A DNA stretch of 64,000 bases from Tubulanus polymorphus (Eukaryota > Animalia > Nemertea). The notes beneath the pieces are model-generated. The model saw only the letters and a list, made by a program, of their open reading frames with translations. It had not been told where the DNA came from and ran no database searches. The stretch is taken from NCBI RefSeq assembly GCF_964204645.1, contig NC_134033.1, forward strand, positions 12,594,655-12,658,654. The letters run 5' to 3'. Below are positions 1 through 13,158 of this stretch, one piece after another. Positions within the stretch are counted from its first letter, which is position 1; every line of letters starts with the position of its first letter. The position numbers and the translations under genes are program-made.

Positions 1-3000
1 GTCACTACCACGAGAACGACAGAAACAGTCTACGGCAGCGATGATGTTCCTGATGGTGGAAACCAAATCGACGGATTTGGCCAGAGGCTATCAACTGACA
101 CAATACCGTACGACATAAGACAGGGCCCCGGAGAAAGACCACAGGGAGATGTTAAGAACCGGGATAGATTTGGTAATGTAGTCACTACCACGAGAACGAC
201 GGAAACAGACTACGGTAGAGACGATGCTCCTGACAGCAGAAGCCAAAACGATAGATTTGGCGAGAGGGCATCCACTGACACAATACCATACGGCATGGGA
301 GAGGAACCCGGAGATATCGATGGAAGACCACAGGGAGATAACAAAGAACTTGATAGATTTGGTAATGTAGTCACTACCACGAGAAAAACGGAAACAGTCT
401 ACGGCAGAGATGATGCTCCTGACAGCGGAAGCCAAACAGACGAATTTGACCAGAGGGCAACCTCAGGTGCAATACCGTATGGCATAGGGCAGGAAGCTAT
501 GGACACCGATGAGAGACAACAGGGAGGTACCAGGGACCTCGATAGATTTGGTAATGTAGTCACTACCACGAGAACGACAGAAACAGTCTACGGCAGCGAT
601 GAAGTTCCTGATGGTGGAAACCAAATCGACGGATTTGGCAAGAGGGTATCCACTGACACAATACCATACGACATTGGACAAGGCCCCGGAGAAAGATCAC
701 AGGGAGATGTTAAGGACCGGGATAGATTTGGTAATGTAGTCACTACCACGAGAACGACAGAAACAGTCTACGGTAGAGACGATGCTCCTGACAGCAGAAG
801 CCAAAACGATAGATTTGGCCAGAGGGCATCCACTGACACAATACCGTACGGCATGGGAGAGGGACCCGGAGATATCGATGGAAGACCACAGGGAGACAAC
901 AAAGAACTTGATAGATTTGGTAATGTAGTCACTACCACGAGAAAAACAGAAACAGTCTACGGCAGAGATGATGCTCCTGACAGCGGAAGCCAAACAGACG
1001 AATTTGACCAGAGGGCAACCTCAGGTGCAATACCCTATGGCATAGGGCAGGAAGCTATGGACACCGATGAGAGACGACAGGGAGGTACCAGAGACCTCGA
1101 TAGATTTGGTAATGTAGTTACTTCCACGAGAACGACAGAAACAGTCTACGGCAGCGATTATGTTCCTGATGGTGGAAGCCAAAACGATAGATTTGGCCAG
1201 AGGGTATCAACTGACACAATACCGTACGACGAAGGACAGGGCCCCGGAGAAAGACCACAGGGAGATGTTAAGGACCGGGATAGATTTGGTAATGTAGTCA
1301 CTACCACAAAAACAACAGAAACAGTCTACGGTAGAGACCCAAGAGTGACGGCAGAGCAGACATATAGCGTACTTACAGAACCTGAAACTGATAGATTTGG
1401 TAATATCATTACAACTACTCAACGTTCAATGACTACCTACGGAAGAGAGGAAGGCAAAGGGACAGATGAAGAATCTGGAAACGAACGAGACAAATTTGGA
1501 AATCTTGTTGTAACAACTAGAACTACTGAAACGATGTACGGTGGAGTTATATATCCCGATGAAACTGGTGGATTTGGCCAAACGACATCTACACAAGAAC
1601 CAATCGCCATGCATGGTATCAGCCAGGAGCCCAAAGATGATGCGACGGGTGAAATGAAACTGGGGAATCTAGAAGAGCCTAAAACCGATCGATTTGGTAA
1701 TATTATCACGACTACTACAACATCAAAAGCAATTTATAGTGATGGAACTTCTGCAAGAGAAAGGAAGGACCAGGAAGTGCCTGAGCGCGATCGATTTGGA
1801 AATGTTATACCAACTAGGAAAATCGATGGTTACGGGTACATTGAAAATGACGAAAATGATCAACAAGCACAGCCTGAGACTGATAGATTCGGCAATATTG
1901 TCACAAATCAAAAAATGTCCAGAAATGATAATGACGATAATAGTCCTGAAGAAGATGTAAAGGGCCGGGAGCAACCTGAAACTGTACGGGATAGATTTGG
2001 AAATGTTATCACGACAACAACAACGAAGACAATATCTGATCGGGGAAATCTGTCCACGGATATTGATCGATTTGGTCAAATTATCACGACAACGACCTCA
2101 ACATCTGAAACTACATATGACACTGAAGAACTTGAAGGGAAAGGAAGCGATCTTGGGCAACCAGGAACCAGAACCTTACGAAGCGACGATCAAGAACAGG
2201 AGCCTGAGCGGGAAAGACAGGAACAAACCGAAACTGAACGAGATAGATTTGGGAATATCATCACGACAACTAGAACTACAGACACAGTGTACGGCCGTGA
2301 AACGAGTCCCGAAAAAGAGAGGGAAGATACCGGTGGGTATGGCCGGAAACCTGATACAACTAGAACATTTGGTTCCACGTACGGTCCAGGTCAGGAACCT
2401 GAAGAAACTGTGGTTGAAGAGAAGAGACAAGTGGAATTCACAGAACCGGAAACTGATAGATTTGGTAATGTTATCACGACTACGCAAACTACACTAAGAA
2501 CCTATGGCATAGATCAAGACGTCGACGATCGTCAACAGGAAATATCTGAAACTGAAAAAGATAAATTCGGTCCAACGACAACTAGAACAACCCGTACTGT
2601 GGGTTCTATGTACGGCGGCGGTCAGGAACTTGATAAAACAGAACCTGAAACCGATAGATTTGGTAATGTTGCCACCGATACGCACCCATCTAGAAAAGAT
2701 GAACAACCAGGTCAAACTGAAATAGACAGATTTGGAAACGTGGCCCCCACTGGAACTACAGAAGCGGTTTACAGTGAGGAGAATAGCCAAGACGATCCAG
2801 GAAGGTTTGGCCAAACGACAACTAGAACAACCCGCACAGTGACTTCCATTGGCCAGGAACCCGATGAAACCGTTACTGATAAGACGCAAGATGTTCTAGC
2901 AAAACCTGAAGCTGATAGATTTGGTAATGTTATCACAGCTACAAGAACGACTAAAACAATTTATGATCGTGAAATCAGTCCTGAAACTGATAGAGAAGAA

Positions 3001-6000
3001 TGGGACCAACCTGAAGTAGACAGGTTTGGAAATGTAGTAACTAAGGCGAAAGCTACAGATGCAGTATATGGTAAAGAAAAGAGCTCAGATGAACCAGAAA
3101 GGTTTGGCCAAACTACAACAAGAACAGCTCGCACTGTCAGTTCTATGTATGGGATTGGTCAAGAACCTGAAGAGAGTGTGACAGCAGACGATGATCCAGT
3201 AGATATCACGGAATCTGAAACTGATCGATTCGGCAATGTGGTGACAATTACGACTTCCAAAACGGCTTATGGTGCTCGAACTTCAGGAGAAATTGAAGAG
3301 AATCAACCAGAGATTGAACGTGATAGATTTGAAAATGTAATAACAACTACACAAACAAGAACTGTATATGGACGAGAAAAGATGCCTGGAAATGAAGAAC
3401 AGGAACAACCTGAAACTCAGGGAGATAGATTTGGTCAGACGACAACGAGAACAACCCGTACTGTGAGTTCCGTGTATGGTATCGGTCAGGAACCCGAAGG
3501 AGCGGTTTATGACGAAAGAACAGAAGAGGAGTTCAAAGGACCAGAAACCGATAGATTTGGTAATCTTCTGACAACGACTCGAACTTCCCGAACTGTTTAT
3601 GATGATGTGATCCCTGCAAGCGACAGAGACCTCGAACAACCCGTAACCGAACGAGATCGATTTGGAAATATGGTTACGACGACCCAAACCTCCCGAACCT
3701 TGTCTGATCGAGAAGAAACACCTGACGGCTATGAAGATGATCCCCAACATTTATTAGGAACTGAACGTGATAGATTTGGAAACGTTGTTACAACAACAAG
3801 ATCTTTGGAAACAGTTTCTAATCACGGAAAGTTCTCTGGAGAGACAGACTCATCTGGCTTAACGACTAGAACAACCCGCACCGTTAATTCAGCGTACGGT
3901 ATTGATGGACAAGAACCTGAAGAAACAGGTACTGAGGAAATGACACAAGGAGATCTGACAGAAACTCAAATCGATAGATTTGGCAATGTTATTACGACTA
4001 CTATAACTTCTAAAACAATTTATGGTGCAGGAGTCCCTGAAGAAGATATAGTCCATGGGCAACCTGACAATGGCCGAGAAGGGTCTAGAAATGTTATCAC
4101 AACTATTAGAACTGCAAGGACTACCATTGGGGGAGAACAGATTTCTAAAAATGACGAAGCTTCACAAGATGACCAAGGATCTGAAGCAGACAGACTCGTT
4201 CATACTAAGAGTAAAACTATCTATGGCCGAGATGAGACTCCTGAAAATGAAGGACCCGAAACTGAAGGAAATAGACTTGGTCAAACTACAACAATGACAA
4301 CTCGCACTGTAAGTTCCATGTACGGTATCGACCAGGAACCTGAGGACACCGTCACCGAGGAGAAGAGAAACGAGCAGCTTACAGAACCTGAAACTGACAG
4401 GTTTGGTAATATTGTCACGACTACCACAACTGCAAGAACGTTTTATGATGTCCAAACGCCCGATGATGATAAAAACGAAGATAAACCGGAAACTGTACGA
4501 ATTAAATTTGGAAACGTGATAACCACAACTAAAACTATGCAGTTAGAACCTGATAAAGAAAATTCTCCCGACGAATTCGGTGAAAGGATAAGTGCAGTTT
4601 CCAAGGAACCAAAAGAAACTGTAGATAACGAAACTACACAAGAGGAATTCACAGAACCCGAAACCGATAGATTCGGTAGAATTGTTATCGAGACACCCGA
4701 GGCACCCGAGGATGACACAACGAGATCAAGAACAACTATCTATGGACGGGAAAGGGCTCCTGACAATGATGAACCGACACATCCAGAAACTGAGGTAGAT
4801 CGATTCGGCCAAACCACAACGAGAACAACCCGTACTGTGAGTTCGATGTATGGTATTGGTCAGGGACCTGGAGAAACTATTCCTGGGGAAATCACACAAG
4901 AGCAGCTCAGAGAACCTGAGACTGATAGATTCGGTAATATGATCACTACTACTACTACTTCCACAACTGTGTTCGGTGCTGAGATTCCTGAAGATGAAAG
5001 GGACCAGTTGCAACTTGAACCAGGGAGGGGTCGGTTTGGTACTGGGAGTTCTATGTACGGCGTTGGTCGGGAACCTGACGAAAACGTTACTAAGGAATGG
5101 ACAGAAAAACAGCTTACAGAACCTGAAACTGATAGATTCGGTAACGTTATTACTAGTACGAGAACGTCGAGAACGGTTTATGATTCTGAAACTCCTGATG
5201 ATGTTGGAGACCAAGAGCAACCTGTAACCAAACTGGACAGATTTGGAAATGTTATAACGACGACCAAAACTACACATGGTCGAGAGCAAACTCCTGAACT
5301 CGATGAACGAGAAGAATCCGAGACTGAGAGAGATCGATTTGGCCAAACAACAACTAGAACAACCCGCACTGTGAGTTCCATGTATGGTATTGGTCGGGAA
5401 CCTGAAGAAGGTGTTGCCGAGGGAAATGAATTTACAGAACCTGAAACAGATAGATTCGGCAACGTCATTACGTCCACAATTGTTGCAAATCCAGATGAAA
5501 CCGACAAGCCTCAACCTAGGATTGACCGTGATAGATTTGGAAATGTTAGAACAACTACACACACTACCAGAACTGTCTATGGACGAGAAAAGACGCCTGA
5601 AAATGATGAACAGGAACAAACTGAAACTGAGGGAGGTAGATTTGGTCAGTCGACAACGAGAACAACCCGTACTGTGAGTTCCATGTATGGTGTCGGTCAG
5701 GAACCTGAAGGTGACCAGGCGCAACCTGTAACTGAACGGGACAGATCTGGAAATGTAATCACGACAACAAGAACTACCCATGGCCGAGAACAGACCCCTG
5801 AAAATGATGAACAGGGACAAGCTAAAACTGATTCAGATCGATTTGGCCAAACGACAACCAGAACAATCCGTACTGTGAGTTCATTGTATGGCATCGGTCG
5901 AGAACCTGATGAAACTGTCACTGAGGAAAAGAGTCAAGAGGTTCTAGCAGAACCTGGAGGGACTGACAGGTTCGGTAATATAATAACTACTACAAGTTCC

Positions 6001-8439
6001 AGAACTGACTATGGTGTTGAATCCCAGGGAGAAACGGATGGGACCCAACCTGAGATTGAACGAGATAGATTTGGAAATGTAATAACAACTACCAGAACTA
6101 CAAGAACTATCTATAGCCGAGAAGAGACGCCTGAAAATGATGAACAGGAGAAACCCACAACAGAACGAGATCGATTTGGCCAAACAACAACAAAGACAAC
6201 CCGCACTGTGAATTCTATGTATGGTATTGGTCAAGAACCAGGGGAAACTTTGGCTGAAGGAACACACGGGGATCTCACAGAACCAGAAACTGATAGCTTT
6301 GGTAACATAATCACTACTAGAACTTCGAGAACGGTTTATGGTTATGAAACTCCTGAAGGTGGCCAGGAGCAACCTGTAACTGAACGAGACAGGTTTGGAA
6401 ATGTAATTACGACAACCAGAACTACCCATGGTCGAGAGCAAACTCTTGAAAATGATGGACGTAAACAACCTGAAAGTGATAGAGATCGATTTGGCCAAAC
6501 CACAACTAGAACAACCCGCGCTGTGAGTTCCATGTATGGTATTGGTCAGCAACCTGGAGAAACCGTTACTGGGGAAAAGATACACGAGGTTCTAACAGAA
6601 CCTGAAACTGATCGTTTTGGTAATATAATCGCTACCACAACTTCCAGAACTGTATATGGTGATCAACACCAGGAAGAAACTGGCAAGGATCAACCCGAGA
6701 TTGAACGGGATAGATTTGGCAATGTAATAACAACTACCAGAACCACAAGAACTATTTATGGAGAACAGACCCCTGAAAATGATGATCAGGAAAAACCTGA
6801 AACTGATAGAGATGGATTTGGCCAAACAACAACAAGGACAGCACGTGATGTGAGTTCTATGTATGGTATCGGTCAGGGAAGTGAAGAAACCGTTACTGAG
6901 GAAATTACACAAGAACAGTCCACCGAACCTGAAACTGATAGATTCGGAAATATTGTCACTACCACTAGAACTTCGAGATCTGTTTACGGTTTTGAGGCTC
7001 CTGACGAAGAAAGGGACCAGATGCAACCTGAAGATGAAAGGGATAGATTTGGTCAAACGACGACTACCACAACCCGCACTGTGAGTTCAATGTATGGTGT
7101 CGGTCAGGGACCTGAAGAAACCGTTACTGAGGAAATTACACAAGAGCAGCCCACCGAACCTGAAACTGATAGATTCGGAAATATTGTCACAACCACTAGA
7201 ACTTCGAGAACTGTTTACGGTTTTGAGGCTCCTGACGAAGAAAGGGACCAGATGCAACCTGAAGATGAAAGGGATAGATTTGGTCAAACAACGACTACCA
7301 CAACCCGCACTGTGAATTCCATGTATGGTGTGGGTCGGGAACCTGAAGAAAGTGTAACCGAGGAAAAGACGCAAGAGGAGTTTTCAGAACCTGAAACTGA
7401 TAGACCGGAGCGTGATAGATTTGGAAATATTGTCACAACCACTAAAGTTTCGTTAACAGGAGGTGATGAACCTGATGTAGACAGGGTTGGTAGAGCTACA
7501 ACAAGGACCACGCAGGAAATATACGGTATCACCGGAAATAAGCCGGATGTTAGCCAAACTGAACAAACTGTGATAGTTAAAACCGAACGATTTGGAAACA
7601 AAATCACCTCTGGTGGGGAGATAGACATAACAGAGTCCGATAGACGGCGCTATGGTGGCTTCGGAGAAAGTAGCACTGACGCCGATATTGCTTCCTCAAC
7701 GACGACCGTGACTACGAAAAGAATGTATGGCCTGGATGACAACGACAATGATGGCGATAAAGAGGGATATTCGGAAACGATAACTGAAACGCGCTACGGA
7801 ATAGAACAATCCGAAGTACCGAGTGAGGTTGTCGACGATGATAGATGGCGCAGTGATAGTGGCTGGCGTGATCGTAGAACGATCACTGAAACGTGGAAGA
7901 CAGAAGAGGGTGATGGTTCCAGACCGGACGACCTAGTAGCCAAAGATGCGGGAGATGATGAAAAATGGAAAACCGATAGAGGCTGGAGTGATACGCGCAC
8001 AGTCACAGAACGATGGAAAACAGGAACTGGTGATGATAGTGGTGATGGTGGTGTTGATGAGAGGAAGGAGGGTGGTGACGATGAGAAATGGAGAAGTGAT
8101 GGAGGATGGAGTGACACTCGTACGGTCACGGAGAGATGGAGAACAAGAGAGGCCGGTGATGGTGACGACGCCTCTGGTGGAGGTGCGGATTCCCGACGTG
8201 AGACTCGTCGTCTGGGTAGATCAGACTCGCAGACGGATAGAGATCGCGATGATCACGCCATCACGAAACGTCATTCATTCATAAAAGCCGGATTCGACGG
8301 CGGCGCTCAGCGACTAGAGATCCAAGTTCGAGCGCCCGAAGACAGTGCTTCACTGCAACAAGACTGGGGTGAAGAGAAGATGATTTCGCTCGGTGAACGT
8401 GAAGAAATGGAATTAGCTGAATCAGAACAAGTTTTACAG
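1..8439 (+). CDS. Giant internal coding exon (starts before the window) of a DRFG-repeat / plectin-repeat protein
   Basis: Frame 1 is open from base 1 (GTC ACT ACC = VTT). It encodes many ETDRFGN(V/I)ITTT..T(V/I)YG repeats. Donor CAG|GTACGC at 8439/8440 is phase 0; the ORF tail after 8439 is intron read-through. Confidence 0.88.
163..1340 (+). repeat. Near-identical 558-bp (186-aa) higher-order coding tandem repeat
   Basis: Equivalent GATAGATTTGGTAATGTAG positions at 163, 721 and 1279; each unit has three subunits of about 60-63 aa. Confidence 0.9.
6850..7330 (+). repeat. 231-bp (77-aa) coding tandem duplication
   Basis: Units start at about 6850 and 7081, with a partial third at 7312; nearly identical at DNA level. 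Confidence 0.85.
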
Positions 8440-8493
8440 GTACGCATTTCTATTTGTATGGGCAATGATAAAGTGAACATTCACAATATTTAG

Positions 8494-8592
8494 CGGGAAG
8501 TCAGGCCGTGGGTTCGAAACCCATACATTACCATAGTGTCCCCGGGCAAGACATTTAACCTTCAGTGCCTCTCCTCACCCAACTATAGAAAT
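8494..8592 (+). mobile_element. tRNA-derived SINE fragment (CORE-like)
   Basis: B-box GGTTCGAAACCC followed by GTGTCCCCGGGCAAGACATTTAACC...CACCC; a related copy lies at about 29790-29900. Confidence 0.6.
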
Positions 8593-8658
8593 TAAACTAT
8601 TCGAATTACTATCATTATCATTAATAACTTTCCTATTTTTCTTCTCTTTTTGAATTAG

Positions 8659-9513
8659 TCGAAGGGAGAGGTTACGCAAACGTTCTTTGTCGAGGCGGTA
8701 ATCGATCCGAGAAACGACGAAGCCATTTCGTTAGACGACGCTCGAGCGCTCGGCATAATAGACTCCGCTCATGGGCAATACGTGAATATCCAAACTGGGC
8801 GTCGAATCCCGATCCCTCAAGCGATGAGCGAACAGAAAATCATCATTACCTACGAAACGAAAAGCGAAACTGAAGAACCGTCGAAATCGTACGGAATCAT
8901 CAAGATCAAACACTTGCACGCCCGACCGGCGTCGAAATATAAAATACATCACGTGATACACCCGGTCACCAATCGAGTGCTGACGTTATCTGAGGCAACA
9001 GCGCAGAATGTCGTCGACGAAGCTTTGACTACTTATCGAAACCCGAAATCCGGCAACGAGATACCGCTTTCCGAGGCAATCGAGAAAATGAAGGTATTGG
9101 CAGACGAGCAAGACGAAAACGAACAGCCGAAGACGCCGCTTTCTCCCGGGCCGGACTACGAACCGGACAGCGAGAAGACTTACGTGGTAAGCGCTGTCGT
9201 CGATCGGTTACAAAAGCGACGCGTTTCGTTCCGAGAAGCGGCGAATATCGGACTACTGGATCAACTGAACGGAACTTTCAAGGACAACGTAACCGGAGAA
9301 TCGATGTTCATCGGCGACGCCATACATAAGGGTTTCCTGAAAGTTCGCGAACTCGACTCGAAAGAAACGTTGGATATCGATCCTACCAACCACGTCGTCG
9401 TATCGCGGGTTAACATGTTGAAAAAGAAGATTCTCAACCCTTTGAAAGCGATTCGCGCTTTCCGGTCGTCGAGACTGTCGACAACGCACGAAGACGAAGA
9501 ATCTCACGCTTAA
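8659..9513 (+). CDS. Terminal exon with plectin/plakin-type repeats, C-terminus of the giant repeat protein
   Basis: Polypyrimidine tract plus TTAG acceptor at 8658, in frame with ORF 8782-9513. Motifs VIDPRNDEAISLDDARALGIID, VIHPVTNRVLTLSEA and FKDNVTGESMFIGDAIHKGFL resemble plectin repeats. AATAAA at about 10801. Confidence 0.8.
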   Translation, partial: SKGEVTQTFFVEAVIDPRNDEAISLDDARALGIIDSAHGQYVNIQTGRRIPIPQAMSEQKIIITYETKSETEEPSKSYGIIKIKHLHARPASKYKIHHVIHPVTNRVLTLSEATAQNVVDEALTTYRNPKSGNEIPLSEAIEKMKVLADEQDENEQPKTPLSPGPDYEPDSEKTYVVSAVVDRLQKRRVSFREAANIGLLDQLNGTFKDNVTGESMFIGDAIHKGFLKVRELDSKETLDIDPTNHVVVSRVNMLKKKILNPLKAIRAFRSSRLSTTHEDEESHA

Positions 9514-11605
9514 TGAATAAGGAAAAAAATACTTTGTAAATTAAAAAGTTTATGATTAAGTTGGGGAATATGAATCTCGACACTTACTTGGGCTTAATGT
9601 CTACTACATCGGTTACTGTTTCTGCATCAGACCCCATACCCCTCCTTTATATCATTTTAAATAACGGCCAGGTCGAATGATCAGCAGGTCCAATTTTCTT
9701 TTAATCTATTACGGTAAATTAATGTTCAATGACCACTGACGATTGAATACTTAACCGTTTTATCTGCCCCACGGCGCTTGCGTGGTTATCCAGTGACCGG
9801 CCGTGGCTTCGACAGTAGCCTCTACTAGATTGCATGTATTTATATTTTTTCCTGAGCAGTCACAATTTTATGCACAATAGTTATTCCCAAGTAATTAAAA
9901 GAAACATGTAATTTCCGATTGCTTTTGTCACTACGTACACTCACTGCCTTATTAATTAGACTTCTTGTCATTAATCTCAATTTTGATGGATTCACCCCCT
10001 GTGAATTCTACAAACCATCATTTAGCCCTATTAATGCGATAAATGCATATTATACATTTATAAAGATTAGAAATCTAGGAACAAATAGATTTTCCCTCGA
10101 ACTATCAGAGTGCCAAATTCAAGTCTTTGAAATAGTGTATATTTACTGCTATGAATATTATTCATAATATACTCGTGCCAAATTTAATCCGAATGTGCTA
10201 AAATAACATATACGAATCGTTCACAATTTGTGAATCGTAATAGCCTTAAGCTGCTTGACTTAACAAGTTTATTCTCTTTTAAATCTATTACATTCAAAAA
10301 TGTGTTAATAACGTGATTTAATTCGGCGTCACTGTGTATCAGTGTCAAATCGAAGTCGATTATTTCAATGTACTGTGCTAAGTATCGCAATGCAACGCTT
10401 GAAATGCGTCCTTTAAACGATAGACATTGATTTTGATCAACATTTCTGAAAGTTAAACAGAGATCGGTGTATTTTCACTGGGACGATTGGGAAATTGCAC
10501 CGAATTCAGGGAATACGGAATCACCCACCGTGCTTGTGTTACGATCGTTTTGTTTTCTTTTTGTAAATAGATATTTCGAGTCGAATACGTAGATATTAAT
10601 TGATAGACGTTAAGTTTTATTTAGAAACGCGAATTTTTTTGCTTTAAAATCTGTTCGATCGTAAGAAATGTTTTCTTTGTTTCATATGATTCAAAATCAT
10701 TATAGAATATAAATCACTATGCAAACTGTATTTGTGTATTGTAAGACACATGTATAATCATTTTTTAAACTTGTTGGTATTTTGCGCTGTTCAGCTTATG
10801 AATAAAATGCGTTGTATAGAAGAATATGGAGGTTATTATTTCTCCTTTGTTAGTATTTCACCCCGCTATATCGGAGTACTCATTCTGACCTCAATGTACT
10901 CAGGTTCTTGTATTTCGATGCCCCAAACGGGCACAGATAGATCAGTTGCACAATTATGACCTGGGTCCAACGCGATATTAGCGTTTTAATAAGCAGAGAA
11001 TGAAGACTACTTTGGATCCAAGTCACACGACTCCATGCAGACGTGCCACTTCTATCATACGAATGAAGCAAATCTTTGTTTACCAGTGACATCCTTCTCG
11101 TTCTTTATAACTTCATTAATTCTTGGCAGTCCTCAACAAAATACCACAGGAAACAACAAGATCAAGAATGTATTCATTTATCACATGTATTGAATATACT
11201 TCATATTCATATTTTATTTCACATATCTGAAAAAATACTTGATTTTGGGAAGGGTTTTTATCACAGAGCTTATGTTGATTGTTTACCGAGGTTGTGGACA
11301 GTTATTAATGCGATAAAAAAAACTTAACAGGCTCCCTTACTAACGTCCCTTTGTGAAAACAATACGCCTCATGGACGGTTCCAAATTTCCCCAGGGTTAC
11401 ACCATGGATTCTTAAACAAATTCGTTTTCAGGGTCCATATAGTTAGATTTAGTGCCAAGTCAATATATATATATAGGGCTAGGATGTGTATTGCGGCATA
11501 ACCAAACTTCCACAGTTCTGATGTCCGATTCTTAGTCAAATTTGAATCGAACACTATGTGACCAGATCTTGGTGGACTTCGTTAAGGAGTTCTGTGACTT
11601 TGTTT

Positions 11606-13158
11606 TCATAGTTTAACTGTGGCTAGTAAAGTCGCTATGAACCCGATCATGGCTCCGATTCCGCTGATAATCCATAACATACTCGTATCCGTATTACTTT
11701 TAAAGCTGTTCACGATATCTTCCTGAAATGAGGGTAGAAGAAAGAAATAAGCCATTTATCAAACGAAAATAAAGTGTCGATAATTGATTTTTCTAAATAA
11801 ACTCTGCTTCCACTAACAGGTGAATGATGGTTCAAAGTTAAAAAAGAAAATATCAATAGATTCTTGACAATTAAAGTGACTTCCTTTCTTTGATCAACAA
11901 GTCGACAAGCTGCCAAGTCCTCCTCCCAATCCGTGGAAAACTTCCCAGATTGTCCCCATTATATCCAACGTTACTTTGCAATAATTTCAGTATACATGAA
12001 TACTGCACAGGACAAACAATATATCCTAGCAGAAATAACTTACCCATCCGCCTTGAATGGAGATCCAATTGGCTAAATTTCTATTTACGAATACTCCGAA
12101 ATGTTCTATCAGTTTGTGAACGTATTCAGGGTGACCTTGTTGCACGCAGTCGACAGCTATGCCACCTATTAGCGCGAACAAAGCGACGATTTTACCCCAG
12201 TGAATTTCGCCTTTCATCATGTATTCGCCGATCGATACGAACGTCTTTCTCACTATCTCCTCGTTGCTCATCGTAACGTTGATTTGACGCGAAATGCTTC
12301 GGTAAAGTTCGGGATAGATTCGCTCGAGTTCGGAGCCGATCAGCTGCACTTGATTCGAAACGGCCGAACATTCGTGAACTTCCGGCGCCGGTGGCAGTTT
12401 ACTGCTGTAATATAAACCGGAACGTTTAATCCGATTCAGGATGTAATCCCGGACTAGCTGTTTCGATTCTTCGGTTATCTGGTCCAAATCGGGAGTATCG
12501 ACACTGCTCAGATTTAAACCTGCAAAATACAAAAATCAGCATCCGTACGTGAAAATATGGTATCGCCTTTTCGGTCATACATCATGAATCGTAACCCCTT
12601 TTGCTATCACATTTCTTCTTATTGGGTTAACGCAAAAATCAAACGTTCAAAACAAATTGTAAAGAAACAAACCACTGACAAACTTGTAATTTCACCGGAA
12701 ATATTTTTTTCAATGCCAAAATTAAGTCTCTAAAACCATTTTTAAAACTTCACCACACAACCTGCAGGATAGTATTTAAACGGTCATCATAAAGCGGGGG
12801 GGGGGGGCACTTTTTGAAAGGGTCATAACCTAAGCGTATTCTTTGTACGATTGCCTTTGAAAATAGTTCCGACCCTTTATGAAACGACAATATACTTAAA
12901 AATACTCGACTACAGATATATAGTCTTGTCACCCCGGAAACTGTCGGTAGTCTCCGTATTGGTATTTGTACCTGTTATCACCGTCTGCGATAATTTTCGA
13001 GAGAGACGTTTTACGTTCGTCCTAGTTCGGGAATACGACGGAACCATGTCGGCAAGACTCGGCACTCTCCGCAAACGGATCGGTTTCAGCACGGCTATCG
13101 TCTCAACTGACTTGAATACGTCATCTTCGTTATCATCATAGATACGGTTTGCCGCCAT
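11606..13158 (-). CDS. BOK: Bcl-2-related ovarian killer-like protein; exons 13158-12972, 12519-12044, 11722-11606 (259 aa)
   Basis: BH3 IGSELE, BH1 HWGKIVALFALIGGIAVDCVQQG (the WGK form is typical of BOK), BH2 WISIQGGW and a C-terminal TM (MLWIISGIGAMIGFIATLLA). Splice sites are GT-AG and phases sum to 780 nt. Confidence 0.9.

Noticed and set aside
91-8284. Many antisense and alternate-frame ORFs over the giant exon
   Set aside because: Shadows of a repetitive, biased coding sequence with no independent signals.
8440-8493. C-terminus VRISICMG... of the 2732-aa ORF
   Set aside because: Read-through past a strong splice donor into the intron.
9767-9806. GC-rich hairpin containing CAGTGA in the 3' UTR (possible iron-responsive element)
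   Set aside because: Bases flanking CAGTGA do not form the required 5-bp upper stem with a bulged C.
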